Shown: positions 1 to 12,940, counted from the stretch's first letter. The stretch: DNA of 64,000 nt from Octopus sinensis (GCF_006345805.1 NC_043000.1:136090001-136154000), one strand, 5' to 3'. Notes: generated by a model from the sequence alone, not told the origin. Numbers and translations are program-made.

Positions 1-320
1 TTTGAAAAACTACTGAGGTAAGGTAGGGACTGCATAAGAAGACTACGCCCATTATGTATTATTGTAATGTAATGAATGAAATTGATGTTAAGTATTTGCA
101 GTATTGTAGCCAAGATATAGAAGCAAAAAAAAAAAGGAAAAAGTATTTTTCTTCAAGATCATTGATTCTGCTTCCCACGGTACAAACAATTGCTTTACAA
201 ACAATTTGTCTAAAGATATCAGTATGTTCTTATCAGATTAAGGGATTTTAGAAGAAACACCAGTATGCCAAATCTTACAATCTTCTATGCAGTGATTTTA
301 AATCTGAAGTCAATAAAATT

Positions 321-1065
321 ATGTAGAAGAGAAGAAAAGAATAACGAAGGCGCTAAAAGACGTCACTGCGCAAGAGTTCCAGCACTGCTTCGACCAGTGG
401 GAAAGACGTCTAGACCGATGCATTGCTTCAAATGGATAATACTTTGAAAGTGATAAAAGTGTAGACCTAAGTGAATAAAAATATATTATAAAATTTCGGG
501 GGGGGGGGGTACCCCCTCGTCAAAATTATAATTAATAGTCACAAGACAAGTGTTAAAATAATTTCCTTGAAAGGCATCAAAATATGTGAATACAGTTTTA
601 TATTCTTTTACTTCTTTCAGTCATTTGACTGCGGCCATGCTGGAGCACCGCCTTTAGTCGAGCAAATCGACCCCGGGACTTATTCTTTTTAAGTCCAGTA
701 CTTATTTTATCGGTCTCTTTTGCCGAACCGCTAAGTGACGGGGACGTAAACACACCAGCATCGGTTGTCAAGCAATGCTAGGAGGACAAACACAGACATA
801 CACACACACATATATATATACATATATACGACAGGCTTCTTTCAGTTTCCGTCTACCAAATCCACTCACAAGGCATTGGTCGGCCCGGGGCTATAGCAGA
901 AGACACTTGCCCAAGATGCCACGCAGTGGGACTGAACTCGGAACCATGTGGTTGGTTAGCAAGCTACTTATCACACAGCCACTCCTGCGCCTATATATAT
1001 TTCTTTTATTTTTTTCTTTGTCCAGCGCTCTCAGTGTTTACAGTTCTAAATATGGGAATGTCAGA
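321..1065 (+). repeat. Local segmental duplicate, copy 1 (mariner 3' end plus flank), paralogous to 3337-4238
   Basis: 321-603 matches 3337-3523 plus 4043-4180, and 992-1065 matches ~4180-4238 (ccagc[g/a]ctctcagtgtttacagttctaaatatgggaatgtcaga). Copy 1 carries a SINE-A and copy 2 carries a MITE. Confidence 0.85.
604..991 (-). mobile_element. SINE-A, full-length (tRNA-like head, CORE-like segment, internal TA/TG microsatellite)
   Basis: On minus: ggcgcaggagtggctgtg(t)gg/ataag (A box), ggttccgagttcagtccc (B box), cttgggcaagtgtctt (resembles the MIR CORE gtgaccttgggcaagtcactt, from memory), tail aaatgactgaaagaagtaaaag. About 17 copies occur in the window. Confidence 0.9.
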
Positions 1066-1474
1066 GTGGACACACAATCAATGCCATTTCAGTCACAAAT
1101 ATCCCATTTTATTTATTTATTTATTCAGTCATTTATTTTAAAATTATTGTAGGGGGCGAGTCTATTTTTATGATTACGGCCCATGATTTAAGAGAGATAT
1201 TATATTCCTATTTCCTGAAAGTTGAGTGAAGAAGTCGCGCTCACTCATTGGCTTGGTTCATTAGAAATGAGAGGTTTTGGCACAGCTGGTTCTGCTGCTT
1301 TGGCCTCTTCGTTATGGCCCTGCCTGTTTGGCATCGTTGATTTGATGCTGACTTCCTTGACATCAAATATTTTAATATTTCTTTCATTTTAGTGTTTCTC
1401 TTGTTCTCTCTCCATTCTCTCTCTCTCTCCCTATTAGTATACGTATATTTTTGCGCATTCATGTGAATGTATAT

Positions 1475-1797
1475 GAAGGCGCGCGGCTTGGTGGTTAGGG
1501 GCATTCGGCTCATGATCTTATGATCATGAGTTCAATTCCCGGCAGCACGTTGTGTCCTTGAGAAACACACTTTATTTCACGTTGCTCCAGTCCACTCAGC
1601 TGGCAAAAAGGAGTAGTACCTTTATTTCAAAGGGCCAGCCTTGTCACACACTGCGTCATGCTGAATCTCCCCGAGAACTACGTTAAGGGTACACGTGTTT
1701 GTGGAGTGCTCAGCCACTTACACGTTAATTTCACGAGCAATTTGTTCCGTTGATCGTATCAACTGGGACCCTCGTCGTCGCAACTGACGGAGTGCTC
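1475..1797 (+). mobile_element. SINE-E: distinct tRNA-like head and CORE-like body, with the same 3' tail as SINE-C copies 26828/37685
   Basis: Head gtggttagggcattcggctcatgatc...gagttcaattccc; body tgtgtccttgagaaacacactttatttcacgttgctccagtccactcagctg; tail tatttcaaagggccagccttgtcac...gtcgtcgcaactgacggagtgc. Confidence 0.8.
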
Positions 1798-1835
1798 CTT
1801 TGTGTATGTATATGTGTGCGTGCGTGTGCATGAGC

Positions 1836-1866
<31 letters not shown>

Positions 1867-2194
1867 TGGTTACCTTCAGTACCAAATGTTCTGTTGCCAA
1901 GACAGCTCTAATGTTCAGTCAGTCGTGCCAAATTATCCTCATCCAAATAGAAATACCCTATCAGCTCATTCTATCATTCAATATATTATAATTCATATCT
2001 GAAAATTTAATTAAATGATACACTGTATTGCTAAGAAATTAAACAGAAAAGAAAAGACTAAATATTGTTTACAGTTGCAGATGTTTGAATTGAATTTGAG
2101 ACTCAATTGTTTTCTATTATTCACAGGAAGGATCAACTAGCAATAAGTTTAGTTGCAATAATAATAGATTATCAGTAAGGATAACAATATTAAA

Positions 2195-2452
2195 TAAGTA
2201 CCAGTTACGCACTGGGGTCGATATAATCGACTTAATCCGTTTGTCTGTTCTTGTTTGTCCCCTCTGTGTGTAGCCCCTTGTGGGCAATAAAGAAATAGCT
2301 ATTTCATCTGTCTTTATGTTCTGAGTTCAAATTCCGCCGAGGTCGACTTTGCCTTTCGGGGGTCGATAAATTAATTACCAGTTGCGTACTGGGGTTGATC
2401 TTATCGACTGGCCCCCTCCGCCGAAATTTCGGGCTCTGTGCCTAGAACAGAA
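2195..2452 (+). mobile_element. Two adjacent 5'-truncated SINE-B fragments
   Basis: taagtaccagttacgcactggggtcgat..., then gagttcaaattccgccgaggtcgactttgcctttcggggtcgataaatt, both matching the SINE-B copy at 5961. Confidence 0.8.
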
Positions 2453-2664
2453 AAAAAATTGTGTGACCTGTGCATGCATGGAAAAGTAGGCATTAAAACT
2501 CTACTGTTGTGTGAGTTTTCTCACATTATCTTCAGAGTATTGGCACATATACAAAATAGTTACCTTTTGTGTACTTGAGACTAGAAAGTGAATTAGTTAA
2601 TCTGATTGTTAGCAGAATAGATTCTTTACCTATATAAATGAGAATATATTTTAGATTATATATA

Positions 2665-4095
2665 CGAGCAGGTACCCAAAAATAACAGGAAATGTTCTCT
2701 GTGGGACAAGTCCAATGTAGTTCAGACTTCCTCCGCTAGAAGCCACCTGATGCAACCCTTAGGCATCAGTCTGCTGACTGGCGGCGTCCAGTGTTGTCGT
2801 ACTGCCACGTAGTGCATCTTTGTTTTGCTGTGCTTCTCCTCTGTCGATTTTTTCGATTCGATGGTTGAAACGAAGGAACGGCGTGCTTCCGTAAAATTCT
2901 GTTTTCTGTCGGAGCAAACGGCAGCCGAAACAGTTGTCATGCTTCAAACAGCTTACAGGGGCGCTGCCAATGAGCAAAACACGTTTACAAGTGGTTTTTA
3001 CGCTTTAGGAATGGTCACTTTACGCCTGAAGATCAATTTCGTTCAGGGCGACCGTCGAACCCACGAACGAATGAAAACATCACGAAAATTCATGAACTGA
3101 TCTTGGAGGACCGTCGCCGAACAATTAACGAACTTCTTGATATGACTGGTGTGTCCTGGAGCTCCAGCTAATGAATTTTGAGCGAGGAATTTGGAATGAA
3201 AAGAGCTGCTGTGAAATGTGTGCTTCACTTGCTCACAGAAGATCAAAAGCAATCACGACTGAATGTGTGATGTGAACTGTGACTTATTTTTGTTACCCCC
3301 GAGTGAAAAAAGTCCTCAAAGGAAAACGTTTTGCAGATGTGGAAGAGAAGAAAAGAACAACAAAGGCGCTAAAAGACGTCACTGTGCAAGAGCTCCAGCA
3401 TTGCTTCAACCAGTGGAAGGCGAGTCTATTTTTATGATTACGGCCCATGATTTAAGACTGGACTGATGCATTGCTTCAAATGGATAATACTTTGAAAATG
3501 ATATAAGTGTAAACACATAAACCTACCGTAAATCCTCGAGTATAGTCCGCCCTTGAGTATAATACGGAGGGGATTTTTAGTGGACTGCACCTCTGAAAAA
3601 CCTAAACCTTGTGTATAATACGCACCCCTTCTCTAACTTGAGTCGTGCGCAATTAAGCCAGCAGCACCTAGTTGAACAAACACTTCCGCGCATGCGTAAT
3701 ACAATAATGGTGATGTTCTTAACTGTTGTATGGGAATGTAAATATGTTTGCAAATTGTTTTGCTACATGTTATTCTGTGTTCTGAATATTTTTATTTTAA
3801 TAAATGTTACTGCAAGTTTTGGATGATTCTTTTATGACTTCATTGCTTTCAGGCTTAGCTTAAGGTATTTTCGCACCCGACATCACAAAATACGTCTGAA
3901 TAAACATTGCCGGACAGCAAATAGAGACTCAGACATTGCTTAGAAAATATTTTTCCTTTTTAACCTCGTATACAGTACGCACTAGGGATTTTGAACTTTA
4001 AATTTTGGGAAAAAAATGTGGATTATACTCGAGGATTAACGGTAAGTGAATAAAAATATATTACAAAATTTCGGTGTTTTTTGGGTACCCCCTCG
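2665..4095 (+). mobile_element. Internally deleted, decayed mariner (Tc1/mariner) transposon
   Basis: TA then TIR cgagcaggtacccaaaaataac at 2665, and ttttttgggtaccccctcg ending at 4095. Frameshifted transposase remnants: ERRASVKFCFLSEQTAAETVVMLQTAY, EDQFRSGRPS, IHELILEDRRRTINELLDMTGVSWSS, CVLHLLTEDQKQSRLNV (WVPHEL-like), then a jump directly to CDLFLLP and KGKRFADVEE. The DD34D catalytic core is missing. Confidence 0.9.
3526..4042. mobile_element. 517-bp MITE with TA target duplication, nested in the mariner
   Basis: TIRs ccgtaaatcctcgagtata ... tatactcgaggattaacgg flanked by TA on both sides. The paralogous empty site gtagaccTAagtgaataaaaat is at ~461-482. Confidence 0.9.
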
Positions 4096-4809
4096 TCAAA
4101 ACTACAATTTATAGTCACAAGACAAGTATTAAAATAATTTCCTTGAAAGGTATCAAAATAGGTGAATACAGTTTTATATATTTCTTTTATTTTTCCAGCA
4201 CTCTCAGTGTTTACAGTTCTAAATATGGGAATGTCAGAAATGTCACAAGGTAACAGATTTTCAAACTGAATTGTACGAAAATAATAGAACCTTAATTATG
4301 TCCCTAGTGGTGGCAATGGTAGAATTTTGGCAACATACTATCATAACTGCCAGAAGCAAATAATGGTTAACATAGGAATGTTTGAGATATAAATGATAGT
4401 AATTAAAATGATTTAAGTCAGATCAAGTTCTGGTTTGGTTTAATTTTAGATATTGTTGCAAATTATTTTCTTATTATTAGTAATTTTAGCAATTTTCCCT
4501 TGACAGGGTTTGGCAATGCTACTGCTTTAAGGTTGACTTAGATTAATACTTACATACTTTCTCCTTTTGCAGAATGTTTAAAAGAGAGAAGCAATTACGA
4601 AATTGATGTTGCTGCTGTGTATATTGTTGAAGGATACAGTTGTTGTTTAGTTCCATGTCAGTTCAGATCAGGAGGATTTATAAATAAAAGCACTTCAGAT
4701 TGACCAGATGGTCTTTTTTCTTAGGCATTGTACGTCTAGGGCTACATTATTCAATTTGCAACAACAGACAGTTGAACTTGTTGTTAATCCTTAACCCTTT
4801 AATTCATAT

Positions 4810-5040
4810 TTAACCCATTCGCATTTAAACCGGCCATATCCAGCCAAAAGTATTCTGTCTGTTTTATGGTCAAACTGGCCATATCTGGTCTCTCACACCA
4901 ACCCTACAATATCGTTTTAAAAATTAACAGCCACCTCATCAAAATCTCATAGCTACAACATAATGCATGATTAGTTCAAAACAATTTGAATAAAAAAAAA
5001 CATTAATTTTGGCAGAATAATGCAAATACTATAGGGTTGA
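4810..5040. mobile_element. TTAA-flanked (piggyBac-like) MITE
   Basis: Starts ttaaccc and ends gggttga. Internal sequence is shared in reverse orientation with 50586-50835. Confidence 0.6.
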
Positions 5041-5191
5041 TGGGAATCAAACTAGTTATACTGTCCATGGCATAAACATTTTTATAATGGCATCAGAGAG
5101 AGCACCGTGATCACATGTTCTTTCATATGACATGTTTTTATAGTTAGATAGACTGAACTAGTGATTTGACGAAATGTAGTGTCAGAAGCTG

Positions 5192-5592
5192 TATCATCAT
5201 CATCGTTTAACGTCCGCTTTCCATGCTAGCATGGGTTGGACGATTTGACTAAGGCCTGGCGAACCAGATGGCTGCACCAGGCTCCAATCTTGATCTGGCA
5301 GAGTTTCTACAGCTGGATGCCCTTCCTAACGCCAACCACTCCGAGAGTGTAGTGGGTGCTTTTTACATGCCACCGGCACGGGGGCCAGTCAGGCGGTACT
5401 GGCAACGACCTCGCTCAAATCTTTTTACACGTGCCACCGGCACAGGTGTCAGTGAAGCGACGTTGGTAACGATCACGCTCGAATGGTGCCCTTTTACGGA
5501 AGCCAGTTGGCTGCTCTGGCAACGATCACGCTCGGATGGTGCTCTTGGCACCCTACTAGCACAGGCATAATTGCCAGTAAGGCGATGCTGGT
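5192..5592 (-). mobile_element. SINE-D: headless RTE-type non-autonomous retroposon with (GAT)n tail
   Basis: On minus: tandem gtgccggtggcacgtaaaaagcacc monomers, then cccactacactctcggagtggttggcgttaggaagggcatccagc, ending ccaacccatgctagcatggaaagcggacgttaaacgatgatgat. About 15 copies occur in the window. Confidence 0.85.
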
Positions 5593-5845
5593 GCAAAAGT
5601 GCCAGCAACTTTCAGCCAACAAACATCCGGTCTATAGTAAATGATCTGTACTCAGATGTAGAACATGCTGTTCTGTTATTGTTTCTGCAGATGCCTTATT
5701 AAACATTGTGCCAAAATAATATGTACAGTGGAGACAGTTTATCGAATGTTCGTTAGCATTTCTCGTAATCAAGTGTTTAGTCTGATATAAGATCAATTGA
5801 GATATAATAAAAACACACACACACAAACAGAATCTATGATTTTCA

Positions 5846-6330
5846 TCTATTATATAAAATCCGTTCTGTCTGTCTGTGTGTGTGTCTTCTAGGATCCCGG
5901 GTATCCTCCATCCCATTGTGCTCAAATTTGATATGTAGATACCGACGGTATCAGGGCGTGAGCTGGCAGAATCGTTAGCACGCCGGGCGAAAAGCCAACC
6001 GGTATTTTGTCTGCGTTACATTGTGAGTTCAAATTCCGCCGAGGTCGACTTTGCCTTTCATCCTTTCGGGGTCGATAAATTAAGTACCAGTTACGCACTG
6101 GGGTCGATGTAATCGACTTAATACCTATGTCTGTCCTTGTTTGTCCCCTCTGTGTTTAGCCCCTTGTGGGTAGTAAAGAAATAGGTATCAGGGCGTGTAT
6201 AAGTCTTGAAAAAATCACATAAATCGATTCCAGGTGAGAATGTGATCAATAAAGCCGTGGAAACGTGCATTTGTACGTGAAAGTACATCAGCTGTTGTGT
6301 ACTGCTTAAACCATGTTTGTGCTCTCCCTG
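5846..6330 (+). mobile_element. Non-autonomous Helitron-like 5' portion, interrupted by SINE-B
   Basis: A|TCtattatataaaatccgttctgtctgtctgtgtg start, the same 5' style as the complete Helitron at 46497-46831. No CTAG 3' end was found. Confidence 0.5.
5961..6183 (+). mobile_element. SINE-B with 14-bp target-site duplication
   Basis: ggtatcagggcgtg at 5947-5960 and 6184-6197. Body: agctggcagaatcgttagcac...gagttcaaattccgccgaggtcgactttgcctttcatcctttcggggtcgataaattaagtacc. Confidence 0.9.
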
Positions 6331-7343
6331 TCAACAGCCTTATCATTACTGGAACTTTAAACTCTTTGGTTGCATATTTGTGTGAATAAAATCATTTTTC
6401 TTTGGAATAGAAAAAAAGTATATCTTTATTTCTTCTTTTGCTGGTGTCTCAAATTTAGGCTAAATCAGTGTTTCTCAAAGGGGAGCCGCACGGGACGGTC
6501 GGACATGTTGTTTTGAGAAAATTTGGTTTAAATGTCTGACAACTCAGCACCATCCATTGGACAGGGGTGGGGCGTTTTGCTCGTAATTCTAAATTAGAAC
6601 ATAGGCAAACAGCCACATCAAACATAAATACATCATCAGATAGAAATATAAACAAATTGATAAAGAGACAGATGCAATTTTGCACCATTTTTAATGGGGT
6701 GATGTAATATTCTTTAAAATGTCTTAGTTAATCTAAATCTACTTAAACAACCTTCTATCATTGACTCACAACATTGATATGATATGAACAAAACAATCTC
6801 AATATTGGCCTCACTTTGATCTGTCCATTCACTTTTCCACATCTCTTTAACTCAGTATTTCTTGAAAGGCCAATTGATAATTCCTTTCAGGTTGATGTAA
6901 AATTTCTGCATTTACTATTAATGTTTTACTATTATTTATTATCAAGCTTCCCACACAAACCTCATAAATGCTATCCTATGCAGGAAAAGAAAAAGTTTAC
7001 TTTCAAGGGTAGTTTTAATCTGATTATTTTTCCAACTATTACCCAATTTCTTCATTTACATTACTCAAATACTAAACTATTTCTAGTAATGAAGTATCTG
7101 AAGTGAGAATCAGTGTATTTAATTGTAGTATTTGCCAGTGTAGCAAATGTGATATTTATATTTCTAAATCTGTAAAAATGTTATCTGGGTCTATCTAATG
7201 TGGCTGTGAGATTAAATGTCATAGGATAGAGAACCAGATAAGCCTAAGTCTACTAGATATAATAATTGTTACTAGTAATAAATATTGAAAACAAGCCAAA
7301 CTATCACTATCAGAACACACCTAAGAAAAATTGCTTACAGTTT

Positions 7344-7718
7344 ACTCTTTTACTTGTTTCAGTCATGTGACTGTGCCCATGCTGGAGCACCGCCTATAGT
7401 TGGGAAAATCGACCCCGGGACTTATTCTTTGAAAGCCTAGTACTTATTCTATCAGTCTCTTTTGCTGAACTGCTAAGTTTTGGGGACGTAAACACACCAG
7501 CATCGGTTGTCAAGCAATGTTGGGGGGACAAACACAGACAAACATATACACACACATACATATATATACATATATACGATGGGCATCTTTCAGTTTCCAT
7601 CTACCAAATCCACTCACAAGGCTTTGGTTGGCCTGAGGCTGTAGTAGAAGACACTTGCCCAAGGTGCCACACAATGGGGCTGATCCCAGTACCATGTGGT
7701 TCGTAAGCAAGTCACTCC
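7344..7718 (-). mobile_element. SINE-A
   Basis: Same diagnostic blocks as 604-991. Confidence 0.85.
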
Positions 7719-7760
7719 TATGTTGACAAACTGGATAGGACGTTGACAAACTTTCATCCA

Positions 7761-8305
7761 CAGGAGTGGTTGTGTGGTAAGAAGCTTGCTTCCCAACCAC
7801 ACGCTTGGGTTCAGTCCCATTGTGTGGCACCTTGGGCAAGTGTCTACTATAGCTCTGGGCTGACCAAAGCCTTGTGAGTGGATTTGGTAGGTGGAAACTG
7901 AAAGAAGCCCATCATATATATAGGTGTGTGTGTGTATGTGTGTGAGTTTGTCCCCTCACCATCGCTTGACAACTGATATTGGTGTGTTTACACCCCTGTA
8001 ACTTAGCAGTTTGGCAAAAGAGAGCAATAGAATAAGTACTAAGCTTACAAAGAATAAGTCCTGGGGTTGATTTCTTTGACTAATGGCAGTGCTCCAGTAT
8101 GGCTGCAGTCAAATGACTGAAACAAATAAAAGAATGTCAACTATTTTCAATCAAGAGTAGGAGTGACTGTGTGGTAAGTAGCTTGCTTACCAACCTCATG
8201 GTTCGGGGTTCAGTCCCACTGCTTGGCACCTTAGGCAAGTATCTTCAAAGCCTTGTGAGTGGATTTGGTAGATGGAAACTGAAAGAAGCCCGTCGTATAT
8301 ATGTG

Positions 8306-8336
<31 letters not shown>

Positions 8337-8521
8337 ATATGTTTGTGTGTCTGTGTTTGTTCCCCCAACATCACTTGACAACTGTAACTTAGTGGTGCGG
8401 CAAAAGAGACCAATAGAATAAGTACTAGGCTTACAAAGAATAAGTCCTGGGGTGGACTTGCTTGACTAAAGGCGGTACTCCAGCATGGCCACAGTCAAAT
8501 GACTGAAACAAGTAAAAGAGT
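7761..8521 (+). mobile_element. Two head-to-tail diverged SINE-A copies (7761-8134, 8159-8521)
   Basis: Each runs from ggagtg(g/a)(t/c)tgtgtggtaag to aaatgactgaaacaa(a/g)taaaag. The second has an internal deletion. Confidence 0.85.
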
Positions 8522-9176
8522 GGATGACAGCAAAATGTTTGTGGTAGTGCACCACTCTCATGGCTGATAGTGATTATGCAAAACACCACAGCCAGAAATA
8601 TGAGTTTTTTACATCCTCTATGGGAATTCCTTTGACCAAAAGATAAACAACCACACTATTGATCAGAAAAAAGATAAATCTGAGATATGGCGGTACCAAA
8701 ATGTATTCATTTATGATAAATTTATGGTTCCACTCTTTATTCCAGTACACTGTCATAAGAGTGAATTTATATGCACAGAATTATAAATTTTTCCTAGCAA
8801 AACCACTTTAAAATATCTTTAAGTAAGTGTATGATGAAGCATACTAAATTTATTTCTCCTCAAAACATAACTGTAAAATAGGGGTGTGTCGTATGTGAGG
8901 GTGCTTCTTATACATTAAATACAGTATATTGTCATTGTTTATTAGTCCCAGGTCATCTTTCACAGATAGAGCAAACAAGTCTTCAATCATATTTATCCAA
9001 ACTATGACCAGCTCTTTTTAATACTTACACAAGTGGAAGAATCACTGTGTTACCAAATATAAGATGACCATCTGATTCATGGGTGCTTTTAGCGGTGTCC
9101 CCTAATGCAGTTGATTGGATTAGGCTTCTGGTCTGAGGGTAACTTATTCCCTTCCCCCACTCCTCCTCCCACCCCT

Positions 9177-9560
9177 CATCCTCATCAAAATCGTTTAACG
9201 TCCGCTTTCCATGCTAGCATGGTTTGGACGATTTGATTGAGGGCTGGCGAACCAGATGGCTGCACCAGGCTCCAATCTTGATCTGGCAGGGTTTCTACGG
9301 CTGCATGCCCTTCCTAACGCCAACCACTCTGAGAGTGTAGTGGGTGCTTTTATGTGCCTCCGGCATGGGGGCCAGTCAGGCGGTACTGGCAATGACCTCG
9401 CTCGAATCTTTTTACACATGCCACCGGCACAGGTGCCAGTAAGGCGATGCTGGTAACGATCAAGCTCGAATGGTGTCTTTTACATGCCACCGGCACAGAA
9501 GCCAGTTAGCCGCTCTGGCAATGATCACACTTGGATGATGCTCTAAGCACCCTAGGCCAA
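9177..9560 (-). mobile_element. SINE-D
   Basis: tcgtttaacgtccgctttccatgctagcatgg...gatgcccttcctaacgccaaccactc on plus. Confidence 0.85.
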
Positions 9561-10479
9561 GGGTATTACTCTGCCTCTTCTGATTAAAGAATAAAAAATA
9601 TTATACCTAAATCATTGTATGTATTACCTTCCTCCTTAAATAAGGTATTCTGTGAGTTCAAAGTTATTTGGCTGCTTTTTCTAGTAGGATGAGTGACTAC
9701 ATGGAGGGACCAGTTTTGGTTTGAAGCTTTTGGACGTAGAAATATGAGTTAGCACCACCCAGATGTTGTTTGAAACAATTTATTTGCTCTTTGAATGTTG
9801 AATGACTATTGACAGTAAGAATAACTTGGGAGTTTCCTCCGTGTAAGCCAAAGAGTATGGAATAACACTGTTTCCAAATCAATGGATATGTAGATAAATG
9901 GCATGAAGAGAATGAGAAGCTTGACACTGATGTAAGATATTCAGAAAATATGAAATGAATTAATTAAGGACACAATAAACAGATTGGTATTGATGAATAA
10001 ACAGTGAACATTTATTGTTGTAATGAGATATGAAAGTAATTAATGAATTGTTGGTATTTTAATGTCTGTATGTAGATGTGTGTGTTTGTGTGTCTCTATT
10101 TATATAAATGTGTGTATATATATATCTACATTTATATGAGTGTGTATATATATATATATCTATATACATATATAAATGTGTGTATATAAGTATCTATATT
10201 TATGTGTGTGTCTGCATCTAATTATATACATGTGTATACATACACACACGTGTATATACATATATTCATTTGCATGTATGTAAATATAGATAATTTACAT
10301 AAATATGTGTATGTTTATATTTTCATAATTTTCATATATACATACCCATATATATTTGCATAAGGAAAATACGTATGCATATATTACATATTAATGTATT
10401 CACATACAAAACTCAAAAGACTACAAACATGCATGCACTTATTCATATCATATATGTATGTGCACGTGTGAGTGAATGC

Positions 10480-10517
10480 CTCTGTGTGTGTATATAAATA
10501 TAAATATATATATATAT

Positions 10518-10566
<49 letters not shown>

Positions 10567-10687
10567 TATATATAAATATATATACATATATATATATAAT
10601 AAATATATATACATATATATATATATACATATATATATATACATAATATATACATATATATATAAATATATATACATATATATATAA

Positions 10688-10720
<33 letters not shown>

Positions 10721-10759
10721 ATATATATATATATATATTACATATATATATATATACAC

Positions 10760-10812
<53 letters not shown>

Positions 10813-11011
10813 ACATATATATATATAACATATATATATATAATATGTATACATATATATATATACATACATATATATATACATATATATATACATATAT
10901 ACATACATATATATATACATATACATACATACATATATATATACATATATACATATATACATACATATATATATTATATATATATATATACATACATATA
11001 TATATAATATA

Positions 11012-11060
<49 letters not shown>
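10480..11060. repeat. Long imperfect (TA)n/(TACA) microsatellite
   Basis: Direct reading; it explains the I/Y-rich ORFs 10384-11199. Confidence 0.95.
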
Positions 11061-11062
<2 letters not shown>

Positions 11063-12940
11063 TATAAATTCAAGCATGCGTGCAAACATGCACATACATA
11101 TCTATACAGTTCGTGCAGTTTTCTTACTTTTATAGGCAAATATGTAAACAACATTAGTTTATCAGCACCAAACAAAAAAGAGCTATTATACAGCAGCAAG
11201 AACTGAACCAGAAATAAAAGATCTTTTCAATATAGAATCCCAGGATGTTTGCATTGTCATAAACAGCCATATATCATAGTTATGTTTTGTGACTGAAGTT
11301 AATTCTTCTAAATTCCACTCTTCCTCATCTCTTATTTATTTGCAACCCATAAATATTCTCTATTTCATTGAAAACTGAACTGAAATCTCATTTATGTGTG
11401 ATTTATTTACAATTTTTAATGAAATAATATTGATAAAACAAAATGGTTTAATCAATAAATTATTGGTGAAAGGAAAGAACCTTCTGCCACTGACATAAGA
11501 GATGAATCATCAAGAGATTTCCTCTGTGATATTGCTACTCTAGTTTATATACTTACAATATGGCAGCTATATTATGCATTCAGCTGTTGACAGTAAGTGA
11601 GATTGCATCAATTTTCATTTTAATTTTTTTTTTATATTTCAGGTAACTAAATACTAAAATTATATCAGTTATAGAGATAATTATAACCATAGTTACAATA
11701 TAAATTTTGGGATGAAAATTCCTTTATTAGAAATCTATGAACTATTTTTGTGACTTTAACCTCTCATAAATATGTAAATATATGCCAATCCATCTGCAAT
11801 ATATCTGAACAAAAGAGAAAAAAAAAATGATCAAAAAGAAATTCATGTGCAAAAAAGGAAAAAAAGGAGGAAAGAATGAGAATCCGGTGAAAGAAAGCCT
11901 TATCGATGTGATTGGAAATTTTGCATTGAAAACTATTTTACTGCTTTTGATATAGATTAAAATTTTCGTTTGAAAGAATCGAGATATTTATCTTGTTTTA
12001 TTACATAGATGGCTAACTTACATAGGCAGGAACCTTCACTGTAAAATATCATATCACATACACAAGGCACAGTATTTGAATGGTTAAAGTGGCTGATTAC
12101 TGATTCAGAAATCATCACTTCAAATACCAACACTGGAATTATGCTTTGAACTTAAGTAAGGCCTCATTACTCTTCTCAGGTCAGTAAGCTTATTAGAAAA
12201 TAAATACTCTTTCCATTTTATTTCTCAGTGGTTAGTAACACGAAAGGCATTTACTTTAAAACTCGTGTGCTTTAACTTTTTAGTTTTAATTATATGTAGT
12301 GCCATTAATAGAAGTTATTCTGATGTGTTAGAGATTACTCCTATTATTTTTTTATACGTTAAGCTATTAAGATGCTTCTCACACATAATATACCAGCCTG
12401 TTGCGGCATTTATTTATAGGAGGTATTGCTTTTCATTTTGCATGCGCATTTATTATTCAAGATATGCAAGAGAAGACAACTGTCATGACACCTAGCATTC
12501 CACACTAACAGAATACCTATAAATTACACAATGCCCTTACTGTTTACACTGTTGACTGTAATCTTCCCATGGTATCAATCAGCAGCTAGGTGGACAGGCA
12601 TTGATAGCTGCATGTCCCTACTTGGGACATTGAAATGCATGTAACTGATAGAGCATGAACCATTGATTAACAACAATCCAGCTGAAATAATTCTAGCTAA
12701 TGATCAAACCAGTTACTACACTTGCATATTCTGAAATATTTACATAAATTTGTACTTCCTAAAAATCTGGTTATTATATTCATTTCCCTAGCTTCATGAA
12801 AATAAATATATCTGTAAAAGAAAATAAAAGCTCAAACATAAAAACAGAAACTGGGTTGAGTTGAAGAAAAATGAAGCTAAATTCTGTTGTATAGTCACCA
12901 ATGTGCTTATGCAGGAATACATTGCAAAACATGATAGTCA

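Noticed and set aside
775-1152. Recurrent ORFs such as RRHLPKMPRSGTEPGTMWL, MAAPGSNLDLAEFLQLDALP and MVIPAVLFHHNF
   Set aside because: Chance frames within SINE-A, -D and -C copies; stops and frameshifts differ between copies.
4199-4700. Possible plus-strand exons 4199-4249 and from 4573
   Set aside because: Splice sites are plausible but the peptide is unrecognisable, and the first candidate lies in a duplicated TE flank.
6466-6700. cagtgtttctcaa start resembling a hAT TIR (also catggggtctcaaac at ~56999)
   Set aside because: No matching second TIR or 8-bp TSD was found.
10384-11199. Long I/Y/M/C/V/H-rich ORFs here and at 23372-23794, 31978-35064, 38528-40898
   Set aside because: Translations of (TA)n, (TG)n, (TATG)n and (ATCT)n, which lack stop codons by construction.
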